Shown: one piece after another, positions 1 through 12,777 of the stretch | Layout: the number at the start of each line of letters is the position of its first letter | Numbering within the stretch: position 1 is the first letter of the stretch | Source: Octopus vulgaris | Lineage: Eukaryota | Direction: 5' to 3' | Length of the DNA: 64,000 bases | Assembly (NCBI GenBank): GCA_951406725.2 | Contig: OX597819.1 | Coordinates: 50,530,001-50,594,000, forward strand | Made by a program: the position numbers and the translations under genes | Notes under the pieces: model-generated | Seen by the model: only the letters and a program-made list of their open reading frames with translations | Database searches by the model: none | What the model was told of the DNA's origin: nothing

Positions 1-885
1 TGAGTTGGTAAGTCATTTGTTCCCAAACGTCTTAGTTTATTTGAACCATTCTTTGCAATTCCTGGCCAATCTAGCTTTTTTTCCCATGTTTCTCGACTTC
101 GATGATTCTGAGTTTATCTTCCAAGTCGAGGAGGACGGCTGCGACAATCCAGGAAGCGTTCATTTCTGGTGGTATCTCCAGTACTTTTATCTCGGCGACG
201 CACCGTCCCAAATATGTTGGAACTAGGACAAGTTCACTGTTTCTCAGCTGGGCTATTCAGTGCTGCTTTACCGCTCGACAGATATGTTACGGCTTTCCAA
301 ATGGGTTGCAACCATTTTTCAACTGCTTGCTTTGTTGCAGATTCTAAACGTCTATTTTTTAAAGATATAGTTTCGTGCACTATAGTACGTTTGTTTGTAT
401 TGTCTATAATATCTGGAGATGTGTTTATCGAAACACATCTTTCGCTTTTACTTTTTAAAATGCTTCTGTAGTCTTTGAGAGATTCTGTAATCTTTGAGAC
501 GGGTTGTCATGATGAGTATATTGAGCTTCGTATATTATTTGTACTCCAGTGTCACTTTCATGGCAAGCGCTACTCTGTCTCTCTCACTCAATATTAATAA
601 TAATGTCTTCCAATTTTGTTTTGACACAAAAGCCAGCAATTTTGAGGACTGGGGGTTTGTCAATACCATCAATCCCAGTAATTGCTATATCTGTCTCATC
701 TCTGCTTTGTCATAACAAGGCCTGTGATTGTATCCATACAAGACTGTGTCGGCTAGAGTTGGTGGCCTATCCCTTGCACGTATGGGTGACTACCAGCTTT
801 CCACAAAAATAGACTTGCCTAGGCCTGCACATACACGAGCAAGTGCATGGTGAGCATTGACCGACAGAAGCACTACATGAACTGC
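1..885 (-). mobile_element. Probable 5' part (5'UTR and decayed ORF1) of an L1/Tx1-like non-LTR retrotransposon, running off the window edge
   Basis: The minus strand of about 515-75 reads PVSKITESLKDYRSILKSK...KRTIVHETISLKNRRLESATKQAVEKWLQPIWKAVTYLSSGK, then after a frameshift SELVLVPTYLGRCVAEIKVLEIPPEMNASWIVAAVLLDLEDKLRIIEVEK. It is complex and protein-like but broken. The family call is from recalled similarity only. Confidence 0.4.
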
Positions 886-1062
886 TATATATTTTTTACA
901 TATTCAGTTTTCGAATGCTTCAGCTACAGAAGTCGACCGTTTCCAGTTTTGGAATTAAAACTTGAAACGGAAGAGAGATTATGCAAATGTCAAGTCATTT
1001 AAACGAAAGAAACTGCAACGTAATAATACCTCAAAAAATAGGACTCTACGAAGATTGAAATT

Positions 1063-1240
1063 GTGGAGGCGTGTTGTCTAGTGGTCAGAGTATTGGACTC
1101 ATGATCATAAGATTGTGGGTTAAATTCCTGGCCCGGGTGATGAGTTGAGTTCTTGAGCAAAACACTCCATTTCACTTTGCTTCAGCTGTCAAAAATGAGT
1201 AATCCTGTACCAGACCGGCGTACCATCCAGGAGTTGAATA
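1063..1240 (+). mobile_element. Degenerate tRNA-derived SINE with CORE-like central block
   Basis: A-box-like GTCTAGTGG, B-box-like GGTTAAATTCC, then TTCTTGAGCAAAACAC...CAGCTG..AAAAATGAGT shared with other copies in the window. Confidence 0.7.
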
Positions 1241-1327
1241 TATTCAGCGTCAGTTGCAGCTAATTTTTGAAGCTGAGAAGATGTAAACCCTGTTTTACAT
1301 TTTTCTCTTTTCTTCTCTTTTTCTCTG

Positions 1328-1361
1328 CCCCCTGACAAAGGATCGAATCCGAAACGTTGGA
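1328..1361 (+). other. Degenerate minimal type I hammerhead-ribozyme-like motif (probable Penelope-like remnant)
   Basis: cc-CTGACAA-a-GGAT(cga)ATCC-GAAAC-GTT-gg. One core mismatch to CUGANGA. Confidence 0.45.
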
Positions 1362-1411
1362 TATTCCAAATCTCACGGCAAGTTCACTGTACCCCTTTCA
1401 CTTTTTTCTAC

Positions 1412-1443
<32 letters not shown>

Positions 1444-1456
1444 GCATATATATAGT

Positions 1457-1751
1457 GAAGGTGCGTGGCTTAGTGGTTCGAGCATTCGGTTCACGATCGT
1501 AGAATCGTGAGTTTAATTCCCCGCGATGCATTGTGTCCTTGAGCAAGACATAATTTCACGTTGCTGGCAAAAGTGAGTAGTATTTCAAAGGGCCGGCCTT
1601 GTCCCCCTTTGTGCTACACTGAATATCCTTGAGAACTATGTTAAGGGTACCCATGTCTGTGAAGTGCTCAGCTTGTACGTTAATTTCACGAGCAAGCTGT
1701 TCCGTTGATGATATCAGCTGGAACCCACGTCCTCATAACCGGCGGCGTGCT
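1457..1751 (+). mobile_element. tRNA-derived SINE, family A (tRNA-Arg-like head, CORE-like block, tail A)
   Basis: GTGGCTTAGTGGTT...GAGTTTAATTCCC head and TGTGTCCTTGAGCAAGACA. Colinear with 7090-7417 and 13429-13741. Confidence 0.85.
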
Positions 1752-1780
1752 CCTTATATATATATTTTATTTATATATAT

Positions 1781-1975
1781 ATAATCAGAAAATGGAGAAA
1801 ACCCCAGATCAACTAACAACACAATTGAACTACATCTAAAGCCTATTATTTGATTAAAAAAACATGTCATAACATTTATACATGTTTTTTTTATGTTTTG
1901 TATTAAATAATAGGTTTTAGATGTAGTCCAATTGTGTTGTTAGTTGATCTGAGGTTTTCTCCATTTTCTAATTAT
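1781..1975. repeat. Fold-back inverted repeat, about 70-bp arms with an inner hairpin
   Basis: 1781-1851 is the reverse complement of 1905-1975 with about 4 mismatches. The spacer holds an inner AAAAAAACATGT/ACATGTTTTTTT pair. Confidence 0.9.
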
Positions 1976-2151
1976 TTATATTTGATTCATGGTAAACTTT
2001 TGTCTATTCTGTTGTTACCTGTTCTCTACGCGCACAGTGTGCGTGCATAACCATGCCCAGAGATAACACAGGTTACTGATACCGATAGTACATACGGATA
2101 TTTTATCCCTTAGTAAGTTATTATAACAGCTAACTCTGCTTACCTTTATAA

Positions 2152-2208
<57 letters not shown>

Positions 2209-2237
2209 AAAAAAGGAGATGTCGAACACGAGTGGTG

Positions 2238-2433
2238 ATATATAAAAAAGGAAATGAAGAAAATGCTGACAAATAATTGAAGTAATTTAAGTAATTTAAT
2301 TAGGTGAAAGTTCTTTTTACCGGTTGCGCATTTGTTTGATAAGCATAACAAATGCGCAACCGGTAAAAAGAACTTTCACCTAATTAAATTACTTAAATTA
2401 CTTCAATTATTTGTCAGCATTTTCTTCATTTCC

Positions 2434-2443
<10 letters not shown>
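2238..2443. repeat. Near-perfect palindrome, about 98-bp arms, 10-nt loop
   Basis: The left arm ends at 2336, the loop TGATAAGCAT spans 2337-2346 and the right arm starts at 2347. Only an A-run length differs. Confidence 0.95.
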
Positions 2444-2487
<44 letters not shown>

Positions 2488-2491
<4 letters not shown>

Positions 2492-2795
2492 CGTATATTT
2501 GCCATTTGAATATGGCTAACCCTTAAGGGTGGATGCTACTGTAGTTTGTAGCCCCAGGAAGATATCTCCTCCAGCTGGCTATAGACACACTATCTGTGTC
2601 CTCTCAGTATTTGTGAAGGGGAGTCATTCTCCCCGTCTTCAACTCATGATACACACGTACTCCCCTTCACAAATACTGAGAGGGCACAGATAGTGTGTCT
2701 ATAGCCAGCTGGAGGAGATATCTTCCTGGGGCTACAAACTACAGTAGCATCCACCCTTAAGGGTTAGCCATATTCAAATGGCAAATATGCGTCAC
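2488..2795. repeat. Near-perfect inverted repeat, 137-bp arms, 34-bp spacer
   Basis: 2488-2624 is the reverse complement of 2659-2795 with 2 transitions. Flanked by (TA)n tracts. Confidence 0.95.
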
Positions 2796-2838
2796 GATGT
2801 GTTACCGCTACTGTTTATAACTCTCTCTGAGATTTATC

Positions 2839-2924
<86 letters not shown>

Positions 2925-2956
2925 TACACGCACGCACTCTCAGACACACACACACA

Positions 2957-3391
2957 CAGGGTAGTCCCTCGACTATCGTGAATATTACTTTCCAAACCAC
3001 CCACGCGATAGGTGAAAATTCGCGAAGTAGAAACAGTACTGTATATTTTTAAATTGCTTTTATTATTTTTATGTATTTAAGCTTTTATAAACTCTCCCCA
3101 CACACTTAGGAGTTCCCGTGTGTTCTCTTTTTTTGTCTCCCGAGTTTCGTTTGCCATACAGGATATGCAATTCTTTGTTTACTCATCTACGCTTCACTAC
3201 GTATTTATTTTTAATATATTTTAGTCAATATGTTATACAGTATAGTGCTGTACTGTATCTTTATTTATTAATTTTTACGCGTGAAAATGGTTATTTTACC
3301 ACAAATAATTAAAAGCTAAAGAAATATCGGCCGCGGAAACCCTCAAAATACTGAGGAGTCCGCGATAGGTTAACCGCGATATGGTGAGTGG

Positions 3392-3397
<6 letters not shown>
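2957..3397 (+). mobile_element. Tigger/pogo-like MITE (Tc1-mariner superfamily, non-autonomous)
   Basis: Ends GTAGTCCCTCGACTATCG...CGCGATATGGTGAGTGGTTACTG. Internal CGCGATAGGTGAAAAT.CGCGAAGTAGAAACAGTAC is shared with 35835-36054. Confidence 0.7.
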
Positions 3398-3467
<70 letters not shown>

Positions 3468-3470
<3 letters not shown>

Positions 3471-3765
3471 AGGCACGGGTCCTAGTGGTTAGAGCAGCGG
3501 AGTCGAGGTCGAGGAATCACGGGTTCGAATTTCAGACCCGGTGATGTGTGTGTTTAAGAGCAAAACACCTAAGCTCCGGCAGAAGGTAATGGCGAACCTC
3601 TACTGACTCATTCGCCACCACTTTCTCTCACTCTTTCCTCCTGCATCTTGCAGCTCAACTGCGACGGACCGGCGTCCCGTCCAGGTGAGGAACCTATACA
3701 CCAAGGAAACCGGGAACTCGGCCCTATGAGCCAGGTGTGGCTCGAGAAGGAACAAACAACAACAA
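3468..3765 (+). mobile_element. tRNA-derived SINE, family C, with (CAA)n tail
   Basis: CCTAGTGGTTAGAGC A box, GGTTCGAATT B box, ends AAGGAACAAACAACAACAA. Head and body shared with 55141-55637. Confidence 0.85.
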
Positions 3766-4286
3766 TATATATATACATATATTTATGCATATTATATATA
3801 TATACGTCAATACATATATATATACACAACCGGAAGCTGGTAAACCGCCTATTATGAGCCAATAGGGCTCAAGAAGGATGCTTTGTTCTTATGACCGAAA
3901 CTGCATTCCTCTGATTACTAACTTCGTTTTGTTTCACTTTAACTACAAGGCCCCATATATCTTCGCAGAAAGTCTATCTCGATATACTGAAAATATTCAT
4001 CCATAGACAGTATCTTAACATATGCAATTCCCTTTTGATTCACACTCACATTTCATATAACAATAAATTAATCATAGATATATTTTATAATACATACGTG
4101 TATATGTGAATGTATATGTATCTGTATACAAGCGTTTATACGTCTGGGTATACAGTCAATAACCGTCCACATCTTCGTAGAAAACTTTGTACGTGCGTGT
4201 GAGTGTATATATACATACATGCATTCATACATGCACACACACATATATGACAGTGTGAACGTACTACAGAAAGTAGCACTCAACAC

Positions 4287-4570
<284 letters not shown>

Positions 4571-5789
4571 AACAGATAAATAAATTACTAAATATACCTA
4601 CATGCGTGCTCGTAGAAACATATCTCGAAAGAGGATAGTTTAGAAGTAGACAATATAAATGTGTTTCATCTAAGGTATATTCAAAAGTAGAAAGAAACCG
4701 CAGCTTTCTAACCGTGATTAAATATTCTTTTGCAACTCCTGAACCAAGTGGTGCATATCTATTGTTTAGAAGAATACTTATTAAATTTATTGCTTCCTTG
4801 ACCTGATATTGAACCCGAGGCGATGATGTAAGCAAGATCAGAAGAAACAGTACTTTGTTAGTAGACCGATCCCCGTAGGGAAACATTCTGTTTTAGTTTA
4901 GTGGGCAGAAAACTAGATATGTTTAGCGTAACCAAATGAATTAAAATACACTTCTTCATCTCATTTCATCATCCTGTTGTTGGTCCTAGCGGTGTAGCTC
5001 TTACGGCTGTGGCGTTGGCGTGGTTGTGGTGTAGCAGTTGAAGTGACAGTAGTGTATTGGTAATGCGGTGTTAATGTGGTAGTAGCAGTGGTGAACATAG
5101 CTCTGTTAATAGAAGTAGTCATCGCGCTGGGGTTGTGGCTAGTTTGGTAAGACGACGATGTTTAGTAAAATAGTCCATAGATTTGTTGATTGTTATGATG
5201 GCGTTAGTAGTGATGGTGATGGTTATGTTAACAATTATAGAAATGTTGACAAGGCAAAAATGTGAAATAAGGGGTGAGGTGTATAAAAAAGGAGTCAAAG
5301 CTATTTTGGTGAGAGGTTATTGTTAGGGTGAGACTGATGGTGAGACTTCTTAGGCTAGTAATGATATTCATTGTTGATATCTATTGCCATCGATGTAGTT
5401 TAACCCTTTTGATATCAACCCACCTGAATCCATAGCCGCCTTAGCAGCATCACAGGCTCCTGGGCAAACCATTGTATTGGGCCCTAAAGCATATACTTAT
5501 TGACAGCAAACCACAGTATAAATAAATCAGAATCCTGTTGAACAAAAAAAGTGGAATAATTTTCCTGGTCATTAACCTTTAGCACACTGTAAGCGCACTA
5601 TGTCATCATATGAGTTTTCTCCCCTGTAGTAATAGGGCAGTGACAGGGGAGACAATTCTAGAGAAAATGTAGTGTTATAACGCTTAAATTCTAGAGTCTA
5701 TACCTCATTCACGCTGTTCTATATCTAATAGTGTTGGTTACATAACTCAATAGAAGATCAGGGTTTTATATATTGGTACAATGCTAAAC

Positions 5790-6070
5790 AATTTATTGGG
5801 GGTATAAGTCGTTGAAACCGGGCTGTGCATTGTTTTGTTATTTAGTACATATTTTGTTCAGTCCGGAAATCTGAAAGCCAAAGTTTACTTCAACGGAATA
5901 AATATTGTACAGAGTATGCACTTGACGTCTGACTGGTACTTTATTTTATCGGCCCCTTAAGAATGAAAGAAAAAGTTTTCCTCGGCAGAATTTGAGCTCA
6001 GAACGTCAAGTACTGGAACGAAATGCCGCTAAGCTTATTTCTCGATGCCTTCACAGTTCTACCTACTAAC
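5790..6070 (-). mobile_element. Degenerate SINE family B copies
   Basis: ACTGGTACTTTATTTTATCGGCCCC...CCTCGGCAGAATTTGAGCTCAGAACG matches family B on the minus strand. Confidence 0.65.
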
Positions 6071-7089
6071 CGTTTTCTTACAACCAATAATATTATAATA
6101 AAAGAGCCAAATAAAATGAAGATAACTGATACTTTTTGTAAATGTCTGTTATTTATTTACTCTTTAAAACAAAATAGCCATTTGGCGAGAATAACTTTAA
6201 AAAAAATGAAATAAAAAAGATGAAATAAAAAAGAAAAACCTACGGCTGTTATTTCTTTTCTCCTGTATTATTTCTTTTATTTTATGTGTCCTCTGTTCAT
6301 CCTAATATCTTGTACATCTTTCTTTCTTTCGTTTTCTACCACTTCTCTTTTTCTCTATTTATTTCTCTTTTTCTTTTTACTTCTGGCTTTCCTTTAAACC
6401 AATTTCATTGTTTCGTTCTTTCACTGAATCACTTTCTCCACGCCGCCACCTGTCTCTTCCCTTTTCATTCATTACTTTTTCAGCCACAAGAATCTGTAAA
6501 GGTCATGGACGATATACCCCCCACATGTGACTAACTTTAAAAAGAAAGAAGAATTTAATTAAATTATCTCTTTATTTTGTTCACTTTGCTGTGATTATTT
6601 TCTTCGGTCTTTCCTTTATTTTATTATTATTTTATACAATTATTCTTTTATTTTATATTTAGATCCTGTATATATTTATCTACTTTACTTTTTAATGGAA
6701 ATATTGCATCTATTTAGTCTTCTTTTTCATTAAACATATTGTATATATTTATTTATGTTAGATTAAAAACAAAAGACTCATCTTATGTGTAAATATTTCA
6801 AGTTTATATAAATATACAGTTTCACTCCAAATCAATTTGTTTTCCTTCATTAGAGCCAACAGATGATAAGATCTTGGAGAATACTAATAAGCATAAACAT
6901 ACAAGGAAATGGAAATCTGTGTCCATTTCTAATCACAGCCGTAATTCTTTCTCTTACGCTACTCATTCCTGAAGGATATGACTAATAAATTCCCCAGAAA
7001 GTTATAATTTTCCGACATAGTAACCACATCTGTATTGACAAATAATTACATCTGCACTTTCTTTCGATCAGTTACAGAAGCAGCATATG

Positions 7090-7417
7090 TGAAGGCAAGT
7101 GGTTAAGTGGTCAGGGTATTCGGCTCACAATCGTAAGGTCAAGGGTTCAATTCCCGGCGACGCGTTGTGTCATTGAGCAAGCCATTTTATTTCACATTGC
7201 TCCTCTCCACTCCACTCAGCTGACAAAAATGAGTTGTACCTGTAACTCAAAGGGCTGGCCTTGTTACATTCTGTGTCACGCTGAATCATCCTGAGAACTA
7301 CCTTAAGGGGACACGCGCCTGAGGAATACTCAGCCACTTGCACGTTAATTTCACGAGCAGGCTGTTCCGTTGAACGGATCGACTGGCACCTTCGTCGTCG
7401 TAACCGATGGAGTGCCA
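7090..7417 (+). mobile_element. tRNA-derived SINE, family A
   Basis: GTGGTTAAGTGGTCAGGGTATTCGGCTCAC..., B box GGTTCAATTCC, tail ending TAACCGATGGAGTGCCA. Confidence 0.9.
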
Positions 7418-7872
7418 GATGCGAGATATTGTGAAGTTGTTGTCATGGGTGTAAATTTCTTTTGGACAGCTCCGAAACGTCTGCAAATCTTTAGCTTACA
7501 ACTTAAACCTACACAAAACTATTTCAATCAGTGTCGGGGAATAATTTACCATTTCTTGATAATCACACATCTTGACTTTGTGCTTTCTTTTAAACCTTAA
7601 TGATTCAGGTAGCAATTACGACATCTCCAGCCTACAATTTTCTCGACAACGTTACTCGCCTCGATCAAAATGAAATTTCGTAGTTTGTGCGTTGTAGATA
7701 TACAGTTTCGTTCATTCAAATATTACCCAATCAGTTCTACTTGTACTTCCTATGTGAAACTGTATCAACAGAGTAAATCTTCAAATGATTTCCAGCAATT
7801 ATCAATTTTGCAAGATGTATTGCATGCTCGTTTATCTTCTTTCGTTTGTAAGCATGAACGTACAAATATGTG

Positions 7873-7945
<73 letters not shown>

Positions 7946-8082
7946 CCACACACACGCGTGCACATACACAAAAATGCGGGCCGGCATATACACATAAACT
8001 TCTCATATATATTTGGATTGCTATCAAGTTCGGTTTCCTTTGAGTTCCCACTTCACGCAACCACTCACGTACACACACACAC

Positions 8083-8143
<61 letters not shown>

Positions 8144-8765
8144 GATACACAAACACATATATATGTCTACATTTACGTCATATATAGCGATCCATGTGTC
8201 ATACTCAATGCAAATAGAACGCGAAAAATGAGAAGTGTATTTGTTGGGAGATAATATCTTATACGGACGTACTGTGTTTAAAAACAGAAGTATAACAGTA
8301 GCTGAGGAAAACTGTCCAGTAACGGCTGGGAGAATATTAGATACACATTTCTACTTCGATGGGATTTGTGACTAGCATGTAGTTACGCCTAACCTTTTTG
8401 CAAGACAAACTGATACTAATATAAGAAAACAGTGGCTGAAAAATCACTGGTGTTGCAATTAGAATAAGAATTTGTTATATGTAACAGAAACAGAAGTAGA
8501 TTAAATGAGCACTGTGTACATCATATTTAATGCAAATCCAAAATGGCAGGACAAATTAACAGCAGTATTCGTCGGAGGATAATATCCCTTATGAACGGAA
8601 GTGTTTAGAAATACAAAATATATTAAAAGCAGTCGAAAATCATCCAGTAGCGGTGACGAACATGCTAAAAGCGCATTTCTGCTTTGTTGAACTTTGTCAG
8701 TAACATCACACCTCATCAGCAAGATGATTTTTGACTGTATCTGATATATTTGTGTTTTGAAACTA

Positions 8766-10039
8766 TCAGGTTGAGTAAAAAGTAAGCAACGTTTTGAACC
8801 ATGAAGAATTTGTACTGGATTTTTGCAGAGTTTTGAATTTTTTAAACATCTTTTTGCATTTGTCTGATAATACAGACATAGACTTGCGCAAATGCATTAA
8901 TAAATTAACATTGATATTTTTTTCACCGTTGTTACAATAATCTGAAATGGAACTGTCAAAGCGCGATATTCGAGCAATTTTGCTATTCCACTTCAAAAAA
9001 AGGATGTAAAGCAGCTGAAACTACTCACCATATCAACAAAACATTTGGTGAGGAAATGAGCAGGGAGTGGTCCGCTCGAAAATGCTTTAAACGATTTCGT
9101 AGTGGAGACCCGAGCCTTGAAGATCGTGAGCATAGTGGATGCCCATCTGTCATCGATGACGGTTAATTAAAGACCGTTATTGAGAAAGATCCACGTAAAA
9201 CCACTCGAGAACTGACAAAAGAACTTCAAGTTAGCCGGAAACTGCCTTCAACCATTTGCATGCGATTGGAAAATAAAAAAAAAAAGCTCGACAAATGGGT
9301 ACCACACGACTTGAATGAAAATCAGAAAATGCGCAGATATGAAATTTGCTCGTCACTTCTCTGTAACCAGATCGATCTATTTCTCGACCGTATTGTAACC
9401 TGCGAGGAAAAGTGGATTCTGTACAATAATAAAAAACGTTTTTCGCAGTGGTTAGACTAAAATGAAGCATTGAAAACCTTCCCTAAACTCGAGCTCTTCA
9501 AAAACATGGTTATGGTGACTGTTTGGTTGTCTACAGCTGGGCTCATCCCCAATAACTTCTTAAAACCATTACTGCAGAAACATATTGCAATGAAACTGCC
9601 AAAATGAACGAAAATCTGCTACTCCTCCGTCCCAGACTGGTCAACAGAAGAGGACCAACCCTCTTTCATGACAAGGCTCGACCACACATTTCACTAATGA
9701 CGCTCCAGAAGTCGAGGGAACTTAGCTACGAATTTCTTCCCCACTCGGCATATTTTTCAGGCCTTTCTCCTACCAACTACCACTTTTTCAAGCAACTTGA
9801 TGGTTCCTACGAGAGAAGGAGTTAAAAAATCAAACCAATGCTGAAAGTGCGTTCAAAGAGTTCATCAGCTCCAAAACTCCAGATTTTTATGTTAACGGAA
9901 TAAACAAACTTGCAACTCGTTGGCAAAAATGTGTCGATTGTAATGGTACTTACTTTGATGAATAAAATTTTCGCACTGTTGAAATATAATGTGATGAATT
10001 TCATGTTTCAAAAGGTTGCTTACTCTTTACTCAGCTTGA
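8766..10039 (+). mobile_element. Full-length decayed mariner DNA transposon (probably cecropia/Hsmar1-like)
   Basis: About 40-bp TIRs (TCAGGTTGAGTAAAAAGTAAGCAACGTTTTGAACCATGAA; right end reverse-complemented TCAAGCTGAGTAAAGAGTAAGCAACCTTTTGAAACATGAA), TA on both sides, about 1.27 kb long. Confidence 0.95.
8947..9965 (+). pseudogene. Mariner transposase pseudogene (several stops and frameshifts)
   Basis: MELSKRDIRAILLFHFK; KWVPHDL (WVPHEL motif); RIVTCEEKWILY (first catalytic D changed to E); FHDKARPH; LSPTNYHFF; RWQKCVDCNGTYFDE*. Confidence 0.95.
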
Positions 10040-10964
10040 TAGATAATAAATTAAAATATTCATCTAACCGCAAAATGCATATTGTATTCAAAAACTTGAG
10101 GAGAGAATTTTTCTCGTGAAATCTAAATATGAAGCAATCGGTTCTTTCAAGGCAGAGATCGTATTAATTAGTAAAACAGTTTTAAGGATCTGATGCAATG
10201 AAATAAAGTAAACGGCTAATGAGTAGCAGTAATTATCTGATAATATTATTAATATATGTTTATCCAATGAGATACTACTAAATATAAATAACAACATTAA
10301 TAATAACAACGTAAAGCTGGAGGATGTAGTTCGTTCGACTTAACATAGGGTCGTTTAACAGCTCGATCTCTTTGGCGTATACGTATGAGAGACATCTAAA
10401 AAGAAATTCACAACAGTAGATTTAGGCTTATATAGAGATGACCAGCTGGTTATATACCCAGCACACAAATGAACATGCATTAGCTACACACAGAAAAATC
10501 AGTCTAATAGATTCTTACAAAATTTCGCCCTGAAAACAATTCGCTAAGGATTGTAAATCTTTTAGACGCTACCCTCAGCCCGCTCATAGACAAATGCCAA
10601 CTATATTGCAAATCTAATGAAAAATATACATATATCAATATATAATACAAAAAATATTAATTCGAGACATAAATACTTATATATTAAATTTTTAAATATT
10701 TTATTCTGTTTTAATATACTGTATTTTAGTACATGTATGTCGAATGTTTTTTTTTTATTTAGTTTGCCTGTATATTACATTAAGTTCTATCGTTCTAAGC
10801 CTAGTTTATCGAGCACTTTACTAGATTCCTTCTCCAGAGCTGCTTGCCAAATGTATTTTGAATAATTATATACATAAATACATAGATGTATATATGTATA
10901 TATATATATATATATACATGCATGTATGTATGCATGTATGTATGTAAGTATATATGTATGTATG

Positions 10965-10998
<34 letters not shown>

Positions 10999-11499
10999 TG
11001 TGTGTGCCTGTATATTACATAAACATACACACATATATACGCCCTTATATATATGTGTGTGTATGTGTGCATACACAAATGCAATCATACTTACGTAACG
11101 TAGCTTAATCTTTAATAGAAAACGAAAAATTGTAATCTTTTAATAAAGCAGAACATTATACATTATGCTTAAGTAAATGAAAAGATAATCCTTTTATAAC
11201 AATAAGAATATTACACACACACACATACAGACACACATACACATACACACGCACACAAACACATACATATATTTATATATACACATACTTTCGATAATTC
11301 CCTTGAAAATGTTGTTTTCAACTCAACTTTTATTAAATTCTGTATTCTTTTTAATGCGAACCTGTTTCAATACTGAGTCATTCTTATAATTTAAAATGTC
11401 TGTTGTTGTCAATTAAGTCGACTTGACTCTATTATATCTATTTTACCGATTGGGGCGGGGGATGAGGTGGAGGGTCAATTGATTTTAATTCTTTGTTCT

Positions 11500-11730
11500 G
11501 AAGAATTGGTTGTGCACATGGTTTGCGCAAGATCTCACTGAAACCAGTGGGATCAACGCAGTTGCTGTTCCTCTTGAAATGCTGTAAAATCAACGGATGG
11601 AGGAAAAAAAAAAACCCCTGAAGAAACAACAGTACAAAGAGGGAACTCCAGAGAACTAGAGTTCTGAGGAAGAAGGATTGGGGGTGTAGTAAATTCTGGG
11701 CCTGGATTAGGGGATACAAGATGCCCTAAG
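11500..11730 (-). mobile_element. 3' end fragment of a CR1/Jockey-group LINE
   Basis: Minus-strand translation QSFFLRTLVLWSSL...LQHFKRNSN resembles the SFFPRT..LWNSLP...FK terminal motif of these LINE ORF2s. Confidence 0.55.
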
Positions 11731-11779
11731 TTGGGAAACCAGATCAGTTAAGTCCGAGAAATAGAGACTAGTGCAATGA

Positions 11780-11905
11780 TGCATACACAGACACATACAC
11801 GTACGCAGGCACACCCACATACGCGCACTCACATGCGTATATAAGTACACATACACATTTATATACATATGTACGCTGAACTCTCACACACTTAGTTTTA
11901 TGTAG

Positions 11906-11979
<74 letters not shown>

Positions 11980-12260
11980 GCACACAGACACATATTTAAT
12001 ACGTACATATATATGTATGTGCACACACACAGATATACACACAGACGCACACATACACGCATGCCCACACACGCACACTCACATGTATATATAAGAACAA
12101 ACACACATATATGCTTATGTACACTGAACTATCACACACTTAGTTTTATGTAGATCTATCTATCTGTCTATCTTTGCGCTCACACACACACACACACATA
12201 CACACATTTAATAGCACATATATATGTACACACATATATAAACGAAAACATACACACGTC
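11780..12260. repeat. Local tandem duplication, about 248-bp period, containing microsatellites
   Basis: CTGAACT.TCACACACTTAGTTTTATGTAGATCTATC occurs at about 11876 and 12124 with colinear flanks. Confidence 0.8.
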
Positions 12261-12403
12261 CACATACATATAACTAAATGATAATGTTTCGTTAGCTTGA
12301 ACTCATCCCAGTGAGTCGTTAACTGACCCGAGACTGTAAACTCGTTTTGGCTCTTAAAAACAACAGCAACAACGAAGACGACGACGACGGCGGTAGCAAC
12401 ATC

Positions 12404-12473
<70 letters not shown>

Positions 12474-12727
12474 GCAACAACAACAACAGCAACAACAACA
12501 ACAAAATCAAAAATCCAGTTCGTTTACTTTTTACCACTAGTTCGTAAGGAGAAACACATTAACGTTATGCAATCTTATTCTTTTCACCTATAAATGTGTG
12601 TCTTTTTGCCTAAATAAGAAATCTGTGTTTTGTATGAGTCCAAGACAGAAATCAATATCAAAGTAATGTCCTATATTATACAGAACAGAAATACTAACGT
12701 AAGATACAGCATATATATAATATATAT

Positions 12728-12777
<50 letters not shown>

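Noticed and set aside
1457-1530. SINE heads as functional tRNA genes
   Set aside because: Acceptor stems do not pair, and each head runs into a shared SINE body rather than a terminator.
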